DNA from: Planctomycetota bacterium
GTDB taxonomy: Bacteria; Planctomycetota; UBA1135; UBA2386
DNA: 64,000 bases
Direction of reading: 5' to 3'
NCBI GenBank assembly: GCA_046306335.1
Contig: JBKDXM010000051.1
Span: forward strand, 21-64,020
Positions within the stretch are counted from its first letter, which is position 1; each line of letters starts with the position of its first letter. The translations under genes and the position numbers were made by a program. The notes under the pieces were generated by a model. It was not told the DNA's origin and did not search any database. It saw only the letters and a list, made by a program, of their open reading frames with translations. Below, in pieces: positions 44,859 to 55,716 of this stretch.

Positions 44859-45854
44859 TCACACGAGGTCGGAGTCGCCGAGCGTGTGGTACCAGTGTTC
44901 CTTGTAGAACGCCGTCTCGTGCACGTCGAACGGGATGACGACCTGGAAGTAGATGGTGCCGTAGACGAAGAAGCCCAGCCGCTGGAAGCCGAGGAAGCGC
45001 GGGTCGCGGTGCTGGAACAGCGTCACCAGCGCGCCGGCGCGCAGCGCGTTGGCGCGGCGCTCGGCGGCGGCGACGAGCGCGACCGTCGCGTCGGTGTCGT
45101 CGGCCGGCGCGAGCCAGTCGACGACGAAGCAGGTGTTCGGCATGACGAAGTCGCGCAGCGCCACGACCATCACGCCGCGCAGCCGGCCGGTGGCGCGCTC
45201 CCGGCACTCGTGCAGTTCGTAGCGGGCGTCGTGCGCGTCGGCGTAGCGCCAGTTCATGTAGCGCGCGTCGCGGACGGCCGAGAGCTGCGTCGACTTGGCG
45301 AACTCCGCCCACAGCGCGTCGAGGTCCGGCCCGAAGCGCGCGACCGCGCGCACCTCCAGGTCGCCGGGCGTCGCGCGCGGCGGCAGCCCGCCGGGCGGCA
45401 GCTCGCGGAACAGGAAGTCCCAGTCGCGCACCATCTCGTAGCGCAGGTACTTCTGGCCGATGCGCCATGTCGCGATCGGCCAGCCGTGGTGGAACGAGTT
45501 CTGCGTCGCGCCCTTGCCGCCCCATTGCTCGTAGTGCGCGAGCGCGAGGTTGACGAACAGGCCCGGCCGCGGGCCGGCGCGCCGGTGCTCGGGCAGCACC
45601 CACAGGTCGACGCACTGGCCGACGATGCGCGGCTTGCCCTCGATCAGGAACGGCGCCGGCAGCGTCACGTACGCGCCGACGATGCCGTCGGTCGCGTGCT
45701 CGGCCAGCATCACGTGCACCTGACCGGTGGGGTTGTCGCGGAACTTCCACAGCCAGTGCGCCATGCTGCGCGCCGGGAAGATCCGGTTGTGCCCGGCTAG
45801 CACGCCGGCCTCGTCGCCGGGGCGGTAGGGCCGGATCGTGATGCCGTCGCTCAT
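44859..45854 (-). CDS. GNAT-family N-acetyltransferase (two-domain)
   Basis: ATG at 45854. IRPYRPGDEAGV... start and a VLPEHRRAGPRPGLFVNLA motif-A-like segment. Confidence 0.6.
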   Translation of the reverse strand: MSDGITIRPYRPGDEAGVLAGHNRIFPARSMAHWLWKFRDNPTGQVHVMLAEHATDGIVGAYVTLPAPFLIEGKPRIVGQCVDLWVLPEHRRAGPRPGLFVNLALAHYEQWGGKGATQNSFHHGWPIATWRIGQKYLRYEMVRDWDFLFRELPPGGLPPRATPGDLEVRAVARFGPDLDALWAEFAKSTQLSAVRDARYMNWRYADAHDARYELHECRERATGRLRGVMVVALRDFVMPNTCFVVDWLAPADDTDATVALVAAAERRANALRAGALVTLFQHRDPRFLGFQRLGFFVYGTIYFQVVIPFDVHETAFYKEHWYHTLGDSDLV

Positions 45855-45960
45855 GCGGGCGAGGCTATCGGCAGGGGGCGGGGGGCGACCAGCAGCCGAC
45901 CGCGCCGCGCGCGCCTGGGCCGGCTTCGGCCAAGCACCGCCGGCCCGGCGGCGCACGGCG

Positions 45961-48570
45961 TCACTTCACCTCGCGACCGCCGCCGGCGCGCTGCTGCAGG
46001 CCGCGCAGCAGGTCGAGCGCCTGCCGCGGCGAGACGTCGTCGAGGTCGAGCCGGCGCAGGTCCTCGACCACCGGATCGGGCGGCGGCGCGAACAGTTCCT
46101 TCTGCTTGAGGCCGGGCCGCTGGCGGTCGCGCGCCGCGACCAGCGCCTCGCGCATCGCGCCGCCTTCCTCCTCCAGCTTGCCGAGCACCTGCCGCGCGCG
46201 CTCGATCACGCCCTTCGGGACGCCGGCGAGGCGGGCTACGTGCAGGCCGTAGCTGCGGTCGGTGCCGCCCTCCTCGATGCGGTGCAGGAAGGCGACCTCG
46301 TCGCCCCATTCGCGCACCGCGACGCGGCAGTTGACGATGCCGCGGCCGGGGCCGGCGAGGTCGGTCAGCTGGTGGTAGTGCGTCGCGAACAGCGCCCGGC
46401 AGCGCACGCGGTCGTGCAGGTCCTCGGCGATCGCCCACGCCAGCGACATGCCGTCGTACGTGCTGGTGCCGCGGCCGACCTCGTCGAGCACGACGAGGCT
46501 GCGCGCGGTCGCGTTGTTGAGGATATTGGCGGTCTCGGTCATCTCGACCATGAACGTCGAGGCGCCGCGGCTGATGTCGTCGGCGCCGCCGACGCGGGTG
46601 AAGATGCGGTCGACGACGCCGATGTGGGCGGCGCGCGCCGGCACGAAGCCGCCGATCTGCGCGAGCACGACGATCAGCGCGTTCTGCCGGATCCAGGTCG
46701 ACTTGCCCGCCATGTTGGGGCCCGTCAGCAGCACCAGCCGCCGGCCCGGCGGGTCGAGGTCGGTGTCGTTGGCGACGAAGGAGCCGGCGGCGTGCGTCGC
46801 CTCCAGCACCGGATGCCGGCCGTCCTCGATGCGCAGCGTCAGCGAGTCGTCGACCTCGGGCCGGCAGTAGTCGCGTTCGCGCGCGACCGTCGCCAGCGAC
46901 ATGCAGGCGTCGAGCTCCGCCACCGCCTGCGCGGTCGCCTGCAGCGGCGCGATCGCCGCGGCGACCTTCTCGCGCAGCGCCTGGAACAGCTCGTACTCCA
47001 GCGCCTTGCCGTTCTCCTCGGCCTTCAGCACCTTGCTCTCGAACGTGCGCAGGTCGTCGGTGACGTAGCGCTCGGCGTTGCGCGTCGTCTGCTTGCGCTG
47101 GAAGTCCGGCGGCAGGGCGACGTCGCGGTGCGTGTGGGTGACCTCGATGTAGTAGCCGAAGACGCGGTTGAATCCGACCTTCAGGCTCGGCACGCCGGTG
47201 CGCTCGACCAGCTGCTGCTGGTAGCGCGCCAGCCACTCGTTGCTGTCGCGCGCCAGCGTGCGCAGCTCGTCGAGCGCGGCGTCGTAGCCGGCGCGGATCA
47301 GGCCGCCGTCCTTGATCGCCAACGGCGGCTCGTCGACCAGCGCCGCGCCGATGGCGAACGCCAGCTCGGGCAGCGGATCGAGGCGCTGGCCGAGCGCGCG
47401 CAGCAGCTCGCTGCGGCCCTCGCGCAGCAGCTCGCGCACGGCGGGCAGGCGGTCGAGGCTGGCGCGCAGGCCGACGAGGTCGCGCGCATTGGCGCGGCCG
47501 AAGGCGGCGCGCGCGCCGAGGCGTTCGAGGTCGAGCACGGCGGCGAGCTGCTGCGTCAGCGCGGCCAGCAGCGCGCTGTCGCCGTGCAGCTCGGCGACGG
47601 CGTCCTGACGGCGGCGGATCGCGGCGACGTCGGCGAGCGGCGCCAGCAGCCAGGTGCGCAGCAGCCGCGCGCCCATCGGCGTCGCCGTGCGGTCGACGAC
47701 CGCGAGCAGCGTCTTGCCCTCGGCGTCGCGCATCGTCTGCACCAGCTCCAGGCTCTGCCGCGTGGTGCGGTCGAGGCGCATGAAGGCGCCGTCGTGCCAG
47801 ACCTCGGGGCCGCGGAGGTGCGGAAGCGCGCACAGCTGCGTCTCCTGCAGGTAGGCGACGAGCGCGCCGGCGGCGCCGACGGCCAGCGGCATGTCCTGCA
47901 CGCCGAAGCCGGCGAGCGTCGACACGCGGAAGAACTGCTGCAGCAGCCGCGTCGCCGTCTCCGCGCCGAAGTCGTAGGCGGCGCGGAACGTCGTCGGCGT
48001 GCCGTCGGCCGGCTGCCATGGCCGCGCCGCGCCGCGCTGTTCCTCGGCCAGCAGCAGCTCGCCCGGCTCGATGCGCGCCAGTTCGTCGCCGAGCCGCTCG
48101 GGCGCGCACTCGTGCACGTGGAACGCGCCGGTCGACAGCTCGACCCAGGCGACGCCGACGCGGTCGCGGCCGAAGGCGATCGCGGCGAGGTGGTTGTCGC
48201 GCTTGCCGTCGAGCAGGTTGTCCTCGGTCAGCGTGCCGGGCGTGACCACGCGCACGACCGCGCGTTCGACGACGCCCTTCGCCTCCTTCGGGTCCTGCAG
48301 CTGTTCGCAGATCGCCACCTTGTGGCCGGCGCGCACGAGCCGCTGCAGGTAGCCGTCGACGGCGCGCGCCGGCACGCCGGCCATCGGGATCGCCGACTCG
48401 CCCTTGCTGCGGCTGGTCAGCGTCAGGCCGAGCGTCTTCGCCGCGAGCTTCGCGTCGTCGAAGAAGAGCTCGTAGAAGTCGCCCATGCGGAAGAACAGCA
48501 GCGCGTCCGGATGGCGCTGCTTCTGCGCGTGGTACTGCGCCATCGCCGGCGTCGCGGCCGCGTCGCTCAT
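45961..48570 (-). CDS. mutS: DNA mismatch repair protein MutS
   Basis: [30 protein letters not shown] mismatch-binding motif, Walker [10 protein letters not shown], and [12 protein letters not shown]. Confidence 0.95.
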   Translation of the reverse strand: MSDAAATPAMAQYHAQKQRHPDALLFFRMGDFYELFFDDAKLAAKTLGLTLTSRSKGESAIPMAGVPARAVDGYLQRLVRAGHKVAICEQLQDPKEAKGVVERAVVRVVTPGTLTEDNLLDGKRDNHLAAIAFGRDRVGVAWVELSTGAFHVHECAPERLGDELARIEPGELLLAEEQRGAARPWQPADGTPTTFRAAYDFGAETATRLLQQFFRVSTLAGFGVQDMPLAVGAAGALVAYLQETQLCALPHLRGPEVWHDGAFMRLDRTTRQSLELVQTMRDAEGKTLLAVVDRTATPMGARLLRTWLLAPLADVAAIRRRQDAVAELHGDSALLAALTQQLAAVLDLERLGARAAFGRANARDLVGLRASLDRLPAVRELLREGRSELLRALGQRLDPLPELAFAIGAALVDEPPLAIKDGGLIRAGYDAALDELRTLARDSNEWLARYQQQLVERTGVPSLKVGFNRVFGYYIEVTHTHRDVALPPDFQRKQTTRNAERYVTDDLRTFESKVLKAEENGKALEYELFQALREKVAAAIAPLQATAQAVAELDACMSLATVARERDYCRPEVDDSLTLRIEDGRHPVLEATHAAGSFVANDTDLDPPGRRLVLLTGPNMAGKSTWIRQNALIVVLAQIGGFVPARAAHIGVVDRIFTRVGGADDISRGASTFMVEMTETANILNNATARSLVVLDEVGRGTSTYDGMSLAWAIAEDLHDRVRCRALFATHYHQLTDLAGPGRGIVNCRVAVREWGDEVAFLHRIEEGGTDRSYGLHVARLAGVPKGVIERARQVLGKLEEEGGAMREALVAARDRQRPGLKQKELFAPPPDPVVEDLRRLDLDDVSPRQALDLLRGLQQRAGGGREVK

Positions 48571-49766
48571 CGCCCCGCCGCTCCCGCCGCCCCGCGCGGG
48601 CGCGCGCCGAGCAGCCGCCGCGACTCGTCGGCGATCGCCTCGGCGGCGAACGCGACCTCGTCGTCGGTCGTGGCGCCGCTGAACGACACGCGCACGACCT
48701 CCCGCGCGGCGGCGCGATCGAGGCCGATGGCCGCCAGCACGTGGTTGTCGGCCTGCTTGCCGCCGCCGTCGTCGCCGTGCGCGCCGTGGCAGGCGGAGCC
48801 GGTCGAGAACGCCACGCCACGCGCGTCGCAGCGCATGGCCAGCGTCTGGCCGACGATGCCCGGCAGGCGCAGCGACAGGATGTGCGGCAGGCGGCGGTCG
48901 GCGTGGCCGAGGCGCTGCGCGTCGGGCACGGCCCCTCGCACCGCCGCGAAGACGCGTTCCGCCATCGCCGTCGTGCGGGCCGCGATCGTCGTCTGGTGGG
49001 TGAGCACGTGCTCGGCGGCGACGGCGAGGCCGACCGCGCCGGGCACGTTCTCGGTGCCGCCGCGCAGGCCGCCTTCCTGGCCGCCCGCGGGCAGCAGCGG
49101 CGCCACCTCGGCCGTGCCCGCGAGCGCCAGGAAGCCGGCGCCGCGGGGGCCGTGGAACTTGTGGCCGCTGACGGCGACGGAGTCGACGTCGTGCGCGTCC
49201 ATGTCGAAGGGCAGCTTGCCGTAGGTCTGCACGAGGTCGACGTGCACGTGCGCGCCCGGCGCGGCGCGGCGCACCAGTTCGACGAGGTCGTCGAGGCGCG
49301 ACAGCGTGCCGAGTTCGTTGTGGCCGTGCATCAGCGCCACCGTGCGCACGTCCGGGCCCAGGTGTTCGAACAGCGCTTCGGGATCGAGGTCGCCGTCGCG
49401 CGTCGTCGGCAGCACGGTGACGTGGTGCCGTAGCCGGCCGAGCAGCCCCTGGCAGTTCAGCAGCGCCGGATGGTCGCTCGCCGCCATCAACACGCGGCCC
49501 GGCGCGCGCGCCATGGCGCTGCCGACGATGCCCAGCTGGTCGGCCTCGCTGCCGCCGGACGTGAACACGACGCGGCCGGCGCCGACCGTGCCGCGCAGGA
49601 ATTCGCGGGCGTCGTCGAGCAGCCGGCGCGCCGGCGGGCCGAAGGCGTGGCCGCTGCTCGGATTGCCGAAGCAGTCGCGGGCCGCCGACGCCATCGCTGC
49701 GACGACCGCGGGCAGCGGGGGCGTGGTGGCGGCGTTGTCGAGGAAGATGCGGCGGACGCCGGGCAT
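48567..49766 (-). CDS. Cysteine desulfurase (class V aminotransferase, NifS/IscS-like)
   Basis: ATG at 49766. Motifs [30 protein letters not shown] (PLP-Lys) and STGSACH (active Cys). Overlaps the mutS start by 4 nt. Confidence 0.85.
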   Translation of the reverse strand: MPGVRRIFLDNAATTPPLPAVVAAMASAARDCFGNPSSGHAFGPPARRLLDDAREFLRGTVGAGRVVFTSGGSEADQLGIVGSAMARAPGRVLMAASDHPALLNCQGLLGRLRHHVTVLPTTRDGDLDPEALFEHLGPDVRTVALMHGHNELGTLSRLDDLVELVRRAAPGAHVHVDLVQTYGKLPFDMDAHDVDSVAVSGHKFHGPRGAGFLALAGTAEVAPLLPAGGQEGGLRGGTENVPGAVGLAVAAEHVLTHQTTIAARTTAMAERVFAAVRGAVPDAQRLGHADRRLPHILSLRLPGIVGQTLAMRCDARGVAFSTGSACHGAHGDDGGGKQADNHVLAAIGLDRAAAREVVRVSFSGATTDDEVAFAAEAIADESRRLLGARPRGAAGAAGR

Positions 49767-49888
49767 GCGCCGATCATGGCCCGCCGCCGTGCCCGTGGCC
49801 ACACCTGGGCGATCGCAGCCGGAGCCACGCTTGCGCGGCGACGGGGCCCGGCCTTCAGGCGGCGCGACGGCCGGCCGATACCAACCGC

Positions 49889-50755
49889 ATGTGGACGTGG
49901 ATCGCGACGGCTTGGCTCGCCGCGGCCGGCGTGGCGCTCTATGCCCACGCCCGCCTGCGTCGCGGCCTCGTCGCCGTGCCACCCCACGACGCTGCGTTCC
50001 TGCTGCGGTTCGAGAACGAACTCGCCCGCTGCCACCGCGAAGTCGGCTTCCTCGGCCTGCTGCCGGACCGGCTCGCGTGCCTGCTGTGCGTCGACGGGCA
50101 GGAGACGGTCGTGTCGTTGCACGGCCTGCGGCAGTTCGCCGACGCGCCTGGCGACGAGTTCACGCGCCGTGTCGCCACGTTGCTCGGCGAGGTGCGCGAC
50201 GTCGGGCTGCATCGCGTCGACGGCCTCGGTGGCGACTTCGCCGACGCCTGCCGCAACCTGCTGCCGCAGGTGCGGACCCGCGCCTGGCTCGAAGAACACG
50301 GCGCGTTCGGCGATTCCGGCCTCGTGCACCGCCCGCTCGCCGATGGGCTCGTCGTCGTCTACGTGATCGAGGACGGGGCGGACCTCGTGTTCGTCTGCCG
50401 GCGGCACCTGCAGCGCTGGCGCCGCAGCGAGTCCGACCTGTACTCGCTCGCGTGCGCCAACCTGGCGGCGACCGGGGAACCGATGCCAGCGGCGCTGCCG
50501 GACGAGGGCCTGCTGCTGCGTTCGGGGGACGGCTTCGACGCTGCGCGCGTGCTCCTGCTGCTCGACGCGGCGATCGAACTGGTCGTCGCCCTGCCCGACC
50601 GCGACACGCTGTTCGTCGGCGACCCGCAGCGCATCGACGTCGGCCGCGTCGGGTCGGCGGTCGCCGCCGTCGCCGCCAACGCGCCGCACCCCGTGAGCGA
50701 CTCGCTGTACCGGCTCAGCGACGGCCGTCTGGAACCGGTCGCGTCGGCGCGCTGA
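49889..50755 (+). CDS. Hypothetical protein with an N-terminal TM anchor
   Basis: MWTWIATAWLAAAGVALYA anchor, normal composition and GC3-rich frame. No motif recognised. Confidence 0.45.
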   Translation: MWTWIATAWLAAAGVALYAHARLRRGLVAVPPHDAAFLLRFENELARCHREVGFLGLLPDRLACLLCVDGQETVVSLHGLRQFADAPGDEFTRRVATLLGEVRDVGLHRVDGLGGDFADACRNLLPQVRTRAWLEEHGAFGDSGLVHRPLADGLVVVYVIEDGADLVFVCRRHLQRWRRSESDLYSLACANLAATGEPMPAALPDEGLLLRSGDGFDAARVLLLLDAAIELVVALPDRDTLFVGDPQRIDVGRVGSAVAAVAANAPHPVSDSLYRLSDGRLEPVASAR

Positions 50756-51521
50756 CGACGACGTCCGTCGTCTCGGGAACGCGGAACGCGATGTCGTCGC
50801 CGGCGCCGCTGACGTCGACCAGCCGGTAGCTGCCGGCGCCGAGCCACAGGCGCACGGGAGCCGCCGCCTGCACGCCTGCGGGCGCTTCCGCCGGCAGCCA
50901 CGCGTCGTCACCTTCGCGCTGCAGCCGGAACGGGCCGCGGCGCGCGCCATCGGCTGCGCCCCGGATCGCCACTTCGGCGCTGCGCGCGTCCAGCCGCACC
51001 GTGGTCGCCGCCCCGACCGCCGCCGTGGTGCGCGCGAGGTAGCTGCGCAGCGCGTTCGTGCGCGTCGGCGCCAGCGCGACGACGACTTCGTCGCCGAGGA
51101 CGCAGGCGCGCCGGAACCGCAGCGTGCCGGCGTCGCCGCTGCCGCTGGTCAGCGGTAGCCAGGCGATGCCGTCGCCGCCGCGGCGGGAGACCACGGCGAC
51201 GCCGGCTGCGGGCGGCTGCCACGCCGGCGGCACGTCGACCACCTCGATCGTCAGGTCGACCAGGGCCGGGTCGCCGCGTTCGGGCGCTGGCGCCAGCTTG
51301 CGCGCGAAGTCCGGGCTGTCGGCGAGGCGCTCGGGCGTCGGCAGCGTCGGCGCCGGTCGGATCGGTGCCGACGGCAATTGGGGGTGCGGCGCGCGGCGCA
51401 GCGACCACGACGCGGCGTAGGCGCCGATCGCGAGCGCAGCGGCGAGCAGCAGGGCGAACAACACGGACGCGAGGTGGCGCACGCGGACGATGCTAGCCGC
51501 CGCGGCCGCCGACGCGCGCAA
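50715..51521 (-). CDS. Hypothetical membrane-anchored protein
   Basis: TM segment HLASVLFALLLAAALAIGAYAA followed by a beta-rich domain. The 3' end overlaps the convergent gene by about 40 nt. Start uncertain. Confidence 0.4.
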   Translation of the reverse strand: MRASAAAAASIVRVRHLASVLFALLLAAALAIGAYAASWSLRRAPHPQLPSAPIRPAPTLPTPERLADSPDFARKLAPAPERGDPALVDLTIEVVDVPPAWQPPAAGVAVVSRRGGDGIAWLPLTSGSGDAGTLRFRRACVLGDEVVVALAPTRTNALRSYLARTTAAVGAATTVRLDARSAEVAIRGAADGARRGPFRLQREGDDAWLPAEAPAGVQAAAPVRLWLGAGSYRLVDVSGAGDDIAFRVPETTDVVVSAPTRPVPDGRR

Positions 51522-51597
51522 CCCGCGCCAGCGCGGTCAGCGCGGGCGACCACCAAGGGCGATCCCAGACGCTGCAGAAGGACGCCTTCTCGGGCGA

Positions 51598-52659
51598 TCA
51601 GGGCTCGGCTGCGAGCGACAGCCGCAGCGTGTGCGCAGCGCCCGCCGGCAGCGACACGGTCGCCTCCCGGACGTTCGCCGACTCGACGCAGCAGAACCGT
51701 TGCCAGTCGTCGGGGCCGAGCCCGGACAGGCGCGCGGCCTTGGTCGGCCACGGCGTCCACACGATCGTCGAGCGCGCGCCGAGCGTCGCCAGGCGCACGC
51801 ACCGCGCCAGCGCCGGCGCGCGCAGATCCAGGCGCTCGGGCACGCCCTGGAACACGCGATCGGTCTCGGCGCGGAAGGCGAGCGGCGCTCGCGGGTCCCA
51901 CGCCGGCTCCGGCGCTTGCGCGTGTTCGCGGCACGGCACGCCTTCGAGCCCGTGCACCGTCGCCGTGCGCACGTCGCCGACGGCGAAGTACGTGTGCAGC
52001 GCCTCCTCGAACGGCCAGTCGACGCCGTCGGTGTTGCGGACCGTCAGCGTGACGTGCAGCCGGTCGGCCAGCGCGACGTCGAGCGCGAGCAGGAAACGGC
52101 GCGGCCACATGGCCCGCGTCCGCTCGTCGTCCGCCAACGTCAGCCGCAGGCGCGCGCCGGGGCCGAGCGACGCGAGCTGCCATTCGGCGGTGCGCGCGAA
52201 GCCGTGGGCCGGCAGGCCGCGGTCGGTGGGGTGCTCGTTGAACCAGGGGAACACGATCGGAATGCCGCCCCGCACGGCCTTGCCGGCGGCGTATGGCTCG
52301 GTCGAGCCGGTCCACAGCACGTCGCCGTCGGCGCGCCGCCACGACAGCACCTGCGCCCCCGTGCGCGCGACCAGGGCTTCGCCGTCGCGCGAGCGCAGCC
52401 GGTACGCCGGCCGGCCTCCCGGGTCGGTGGCGGGCTCGGCCGAGCCCTCGGTGTCCGCCGCGGCCGGTGCTGGCATGGTCGCACAGACGCGACAAAGGCA
52501 GGCCCGGCCGCGCGCGGCGTTCGGCGTCTGCGCGACGTTGGCCTCGGCGATGGTCACGCCGCCGCACCAACAGTCTTCGCAGCGCGTGGCGCCGGCCGCC
52601 ACGGCGCACGCATTGGCCAGGCCGCACAGCGGGCAGAGGGACGGGTCGACGCGGTCCAC
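51598..52659 (-). CDS. Cysteine-rich CWC domain fused to D-hexose-6-phosphate mutarotase (aldose 1-epimerase family, YeaD-like)
   Basis: N-terminus: CPLCGLANACA...CEDCWC...CLCRVC. Epimerase part: GGIPIVFPWF, HGFAR, EEALHTYF and the WTPW...ESAN-type tail. Confidence 0.75.
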   Translation of the reverse strand: MDRVDPSLCPLCGLANACAVAAGATRCEDCWCGGVTIAEANVAQTPNAARGRACLCRVCATMPAPAAADTEGSAEPATDPGGRPAYRLRSRDGEALVARTGAQVLSWRRADGDVLWTGSTEPYAAGKAVRGGIPIVFPWFNEHPTDRGLPAHGFARTAEWQLASLGPGARLRLTLADDERTRAMWPRRFLLALDVALADRLHVTLTVRNTDGVDWPFEEALHTYFAVGDVRTATVHGLEGVPCREHAQAPEPAWDPRAPLAFRAETDRVFQGVPERLDLRAPALARCVRLATLGARSTIVWTPWPTKAARLSGLGPDDWQRFCCVESANVREATVSLPAGAAHTLRLSLAAEP

Positions 52660-52690
52660 CGCGGCAGACTACGGGCCGCCGCGCGCTGCG

Positions 52691-53851
52691 TCAGCCCTTC
52701 ATCTGCTTCAGCCGCGCGATCGCGCCGAGCACGTTGCGCCCCGAACTGCTGCGCGCGCCGGTCTGGTAGCCGCCGCCGCCGCCGTTGCCGCTGTTGCCGC
52801 CACCCTCGGTCGGCGGCGTCGCCGGGGCCGGCGCCGGGCTGGCGGCCGGGGCCGCAGCCGCCGGCGTCGGCGCCGGCTCGGCGCGCGGACCGTTCTTCAC
52901 CGCGGCGTTGATCTGCGCCACCTGCGTCGCGACGCCGTTGACTTCGCGCTGGATGTCCCGCACGACGGTGGCGAGTTCGCCGATGTTGCTCTCGCCGAGC
53001 CGTTGCAGGCCGTCGGCGAGGGTCGCGGCGGCGCGATCGACGCGCGCCTGCAGTTCCATGCCGACGTGCCGCAGTTCGTCGCCCTTCTGCAGGTGCGCCA
53101 GCGTCGCGAGCCCCTTCTGCGTCGACTCCTCCAGCCGGAAGAGCGACGTCCGGGTCTCGGCGTCGTCGAGGCGCTGCGCGATCGCGGCGATGCTGACTTC
53201 GATGCGGCCCAGCGCCTGGGCCAGCGGTTCGACGCCGGACGTCGCCGGCCTGGCCGCGAGTTCCTCGACGCGCCGCAGCAGTTGCTGCATCGACGCGACG
53301 AGGTCCGTCGTCTGGCCGGAGATCTCGACCAGCGGCTGGCCGTACATCTTCACGGCGCGCGACAGGTTGGACGTCTTGTCGTCCTGCTTCTGCAGGGCCA
53401 ACAGGACCTGGTCGAGTTCCGCGCCGCCCTGCCCGGCGGCCCCGTTCGTCGCGACCTGCGCGTGCAGGGCCGCGGTCGCGGACTGTTGCGCATGCGCGGT
53501 GTCCGCCATGCGCGCGAACTCGCGAGCGACGCGGGCCTGCGTGGCGGCGGCGGCCGCGAAGGCTGCGGCGCACGCCAGCAGCGCGCCGGGGGCGATGCCG
53601 AACGCCGTCGCCTGCGCCTGCCAGACGATGGCGAGTGCGGCGCCCACCAAGCAGGCGGCTGCGAGGCCCCACGCGGCCCGGTTCGTCGTCGCCGGAGCAG
53701 GCGCGGCGTCGCTGCGCGCGGCCGCGGCTTCCGCGGCGTGGGGGTGTTCCCCGGCGTGGCCTCCGCCGGCCGTCGACGCCGCTGCCTCGTCCGCTCCATC
53801 GAGGAAGTCGGGCAACTTGTTGGCGGTGCGCGCGGCGGTAGTCTTGGTCAT
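52691..53851 (-). CDS. Hypothetical membrane protein with a coiled-coil region and a Gly-rich tail
   Basis: GGAGG lies 9 nt upstream of ATG 53851. Two hydrophobic segments are followed by long heptad-like helices. The tail is GGGNSGNGGGGGYQTG...ARLKQMKG. Confidence 0.5.
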   Translation of the reverse strand: MTKTTAARTANKLPDFLDGADEAAASTAGGGHAGEHPHAAEAAAARSDAAPAPATTNRAAWGLAAACLVGAALAIVWQAQATAFGIAPGALLACAAAFAAAAATQARVAREFARMADTAHAQQSATAALHAQVATNGAAGQGGAELDQVLLALQKQDDKTSNLSRAVKMYGQPLVEISGQTTDLVASMQQLLRRVEELAARPATSGVEPLAQALGRIEVSIAAIAQRLDDAETRTSLFRLEESTQKGLATLAHLQKGDELRHVGMELQARVDRAAATLADGLQRLGESNIGELATVVRDIQREVNGVATQVAQINAAVKNGPRAEPAPTPAAAAPAASPAPAPATPPTEGGGNSGNGGGGGYQTGARSSSGRNVLGAIARLKQMKG

Positions 53852-53952
53852 GTTCCTGGCCTCCGACGAGACCATGGATCGGCATCCGTGCCCGGCCCGG
53901 TGAAGCGCGTGTTGCAAACTGCCTTGCCGTCGCTGAAAACGCGACGCCACCG

Positions 53953-55716
53953 ATGGCTCGGAAACTGAAAGGGATCGCGGCAGCGCGCGGCATCGCCATC
54001 GCGCCGGTCGTGCACTTCCATCCGACCCTGGATCACATCCCGACCTGGAAGGTGCCGGAGGATGCCGTCGACGCCGAGCGGTCCCGCTTCAGCAACGCCG
54101 TGGCGACGGTGGCCGCCGGCCTGATGGCCCTGCAGCAGGAACTGGCCGGCGCGATCGGCAAGAACGAGGCGCGCATCTACGACGCGCAGATGGCGTTGCT
54201 GCAGGACCCGCAGTTCCGGCGCGACGTCGAGGCCGAGGTGCGCGCGCACCGCGTCAACCTCGAGGTGGCGCTGCAGCGCGTCGTCGCCCGCTACGAAGGC
54301 GTGTTCGCGGCGATGGAGAACCCGGCCATGCGGGAGCGCGCCGCCGACCTGCGCGACATCGGCCGCCAGTTGCTGGGGGCGCTGATGGCGCAGGCGCGCC
54401 ACAAGTACACCGCCAACGGCGCCGACTACCTGTTCGCGGCCGAGGAGTTCCTGCCGAGCGACGCGGGCATCCTCGATCGTGCGCACATCCGCGGCATCGT
54501 CACCGCGCACGGCGGCAAGTACTCGCACGGCGCGATCCTGGCGCGCTCGCTCGGCATCCCCGCCGTCGTCGGCGTCGACCAGGTCATGCTGGAGTCCAAC
54601 ACCGGCACCCTGGCGGTCATCGACGGCGACGCCGGCGTGGTGTTGCTCGATCCGACCGCCGACGAACTGCGCGAGTACGAAGCGCGGGCGCGCGAGCAAC
54701 GGGCGGTCGATCGACGCATCGCGGAGGTGCGGTTCCAGCCGTCGGTCACCACCGACGGCGTCGCCGTCCAGCTCTTCGCCAACGTCGAGGGCGTGCGCGA
54801 CCTGGAGAGCCTGGAGATCGAGGCGACCGCGGGCATCGGACTGTTCCGCACCGAGTTCGCCTTCATGGAACGCCGGCAGTTCCCCACCGAGGACGAGCAG
54901 GTCGGGATGTACCGGCGGGCCGTCGACGGGTCCAAGGGCAAGCCGGTCACCTTCCGCACGCTCGACGTCGGCGGCGACAAGCCGCTCGGTTACTTCAGGA
55001 TGCCGGAAGAGCGCAATCCGGTGCTCGGCTGGCGGGGCATCCGGCTGTGCCTCGACTGGCCGGACATCCTCTATTCGCAGCTGCGGGCGATCCTGCGCGC
55101 GAGCGCTCTCGGTCACGTGCGCATCCTGCTGCCGATGGTCAGCTCGCGCTCGGAGCTGGCGCGCTGCCGCGATGTGCTCGACCAGATCGTCGCCGACCTG
55201 CGCGCCACCGGCGTGCCGTACGACAGCCGTGTCGAGCTCGGCGTGATGGTCGAGGTGCCGGTGCTCGTCCACGTGCTGCCAGAGGTGCTGCCGCTGGCGG
55301 ACTTCGTCTCGGTGGGCACCAACGACCTGGTGCAGTACCTGCTCGCCGTCGATCGGGACAACCAGCGTGTCGCCAAGATGTACGACCCGTTCCACCCCGG
55401 CGTGCTGCGGGTGCTGGAGCAGATCGCCGTGGCCGCCCGCGCCGCCGGCAAGCCGGCGTCGGTCTGCGGCGAGATCGCCGGCGACCAGTGGTTCACCCCG
55501 CTGCTGGTCGGGCTCGGTTACCGCGAGCTCTCGATGGCGCCCGTGTTCCTGCCGCGGGTCAAGCTGATGCTGCGCAGCATGAGCGTGGCGGAGTGCGAGG
55601 ACCTCGCGCAGCGCGCCCTGGCCATGCATTCGACGACGGCAGTGCGCAAGCTGGTCCACGACGAGCTGGACTCGCGCTGGCGCAGGCAACTCGGCGGCGA
55701 GGAGCCGCAGCGATGA
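53953..55716 (+). CDS. ptsI: Phosphoenolpyruvate-protein phosphotransferase (PTS enzyme I)
   Basis: TAHGGKYSHGAILARSLGIPAVVG (phospho-His region), GLFRTEF, RTLDVGGDKP and SVGTNDLVQY. Confidence 0.9.
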   Translation: MARKLKGIAAARGIAIAPVVHFHPTLDHIPTWKVPEDAVDAERSRFSNAVATVAAGLMALQQELAGAIGKNEARIYDAQMALLQDPQFRRDVEAEVRAHRVNLEVALQRVVARYEGVFAAMENPAMRERAADLRDIGRQLLGALMAQARHKYTANGADYLFAAEEFLPSDAGILDRAHIRGIVTAHGGKYSHGAILARSLGIPAVVGVDQVMLESNTGTLAVIDGDAGVVLLDPTADELREYEARAREQRAVDRRIAEVRFQPSVTTDGVAVQLFANVEGVRDLESLEIEATAGIGLFRTEFAFMERRQFPTEDEQVGMYRRAVDGSKGKPVTFRTLDVGGDKPLGYFRMPEERNPVLGWRGIRLCLDWPDILYSQLRAILRASALGHVRILLPMVSSRSELARCRDVLDQIVADLRATGVPYDSRVELGVMVEVPVLVHVLPEVLPLADFVSVGTNDLVQYLLAVDRDNQRVAKMYDPFHPGVLRVLEQIAVAARAAGKPASVCGEIAGDQWFTPLLVGLGYRELSMAPVFLPRVKLMLRSMSVAECEDLAQRALAMHSTTAVRKLVHDELDSRWRRQLGGEEPQR

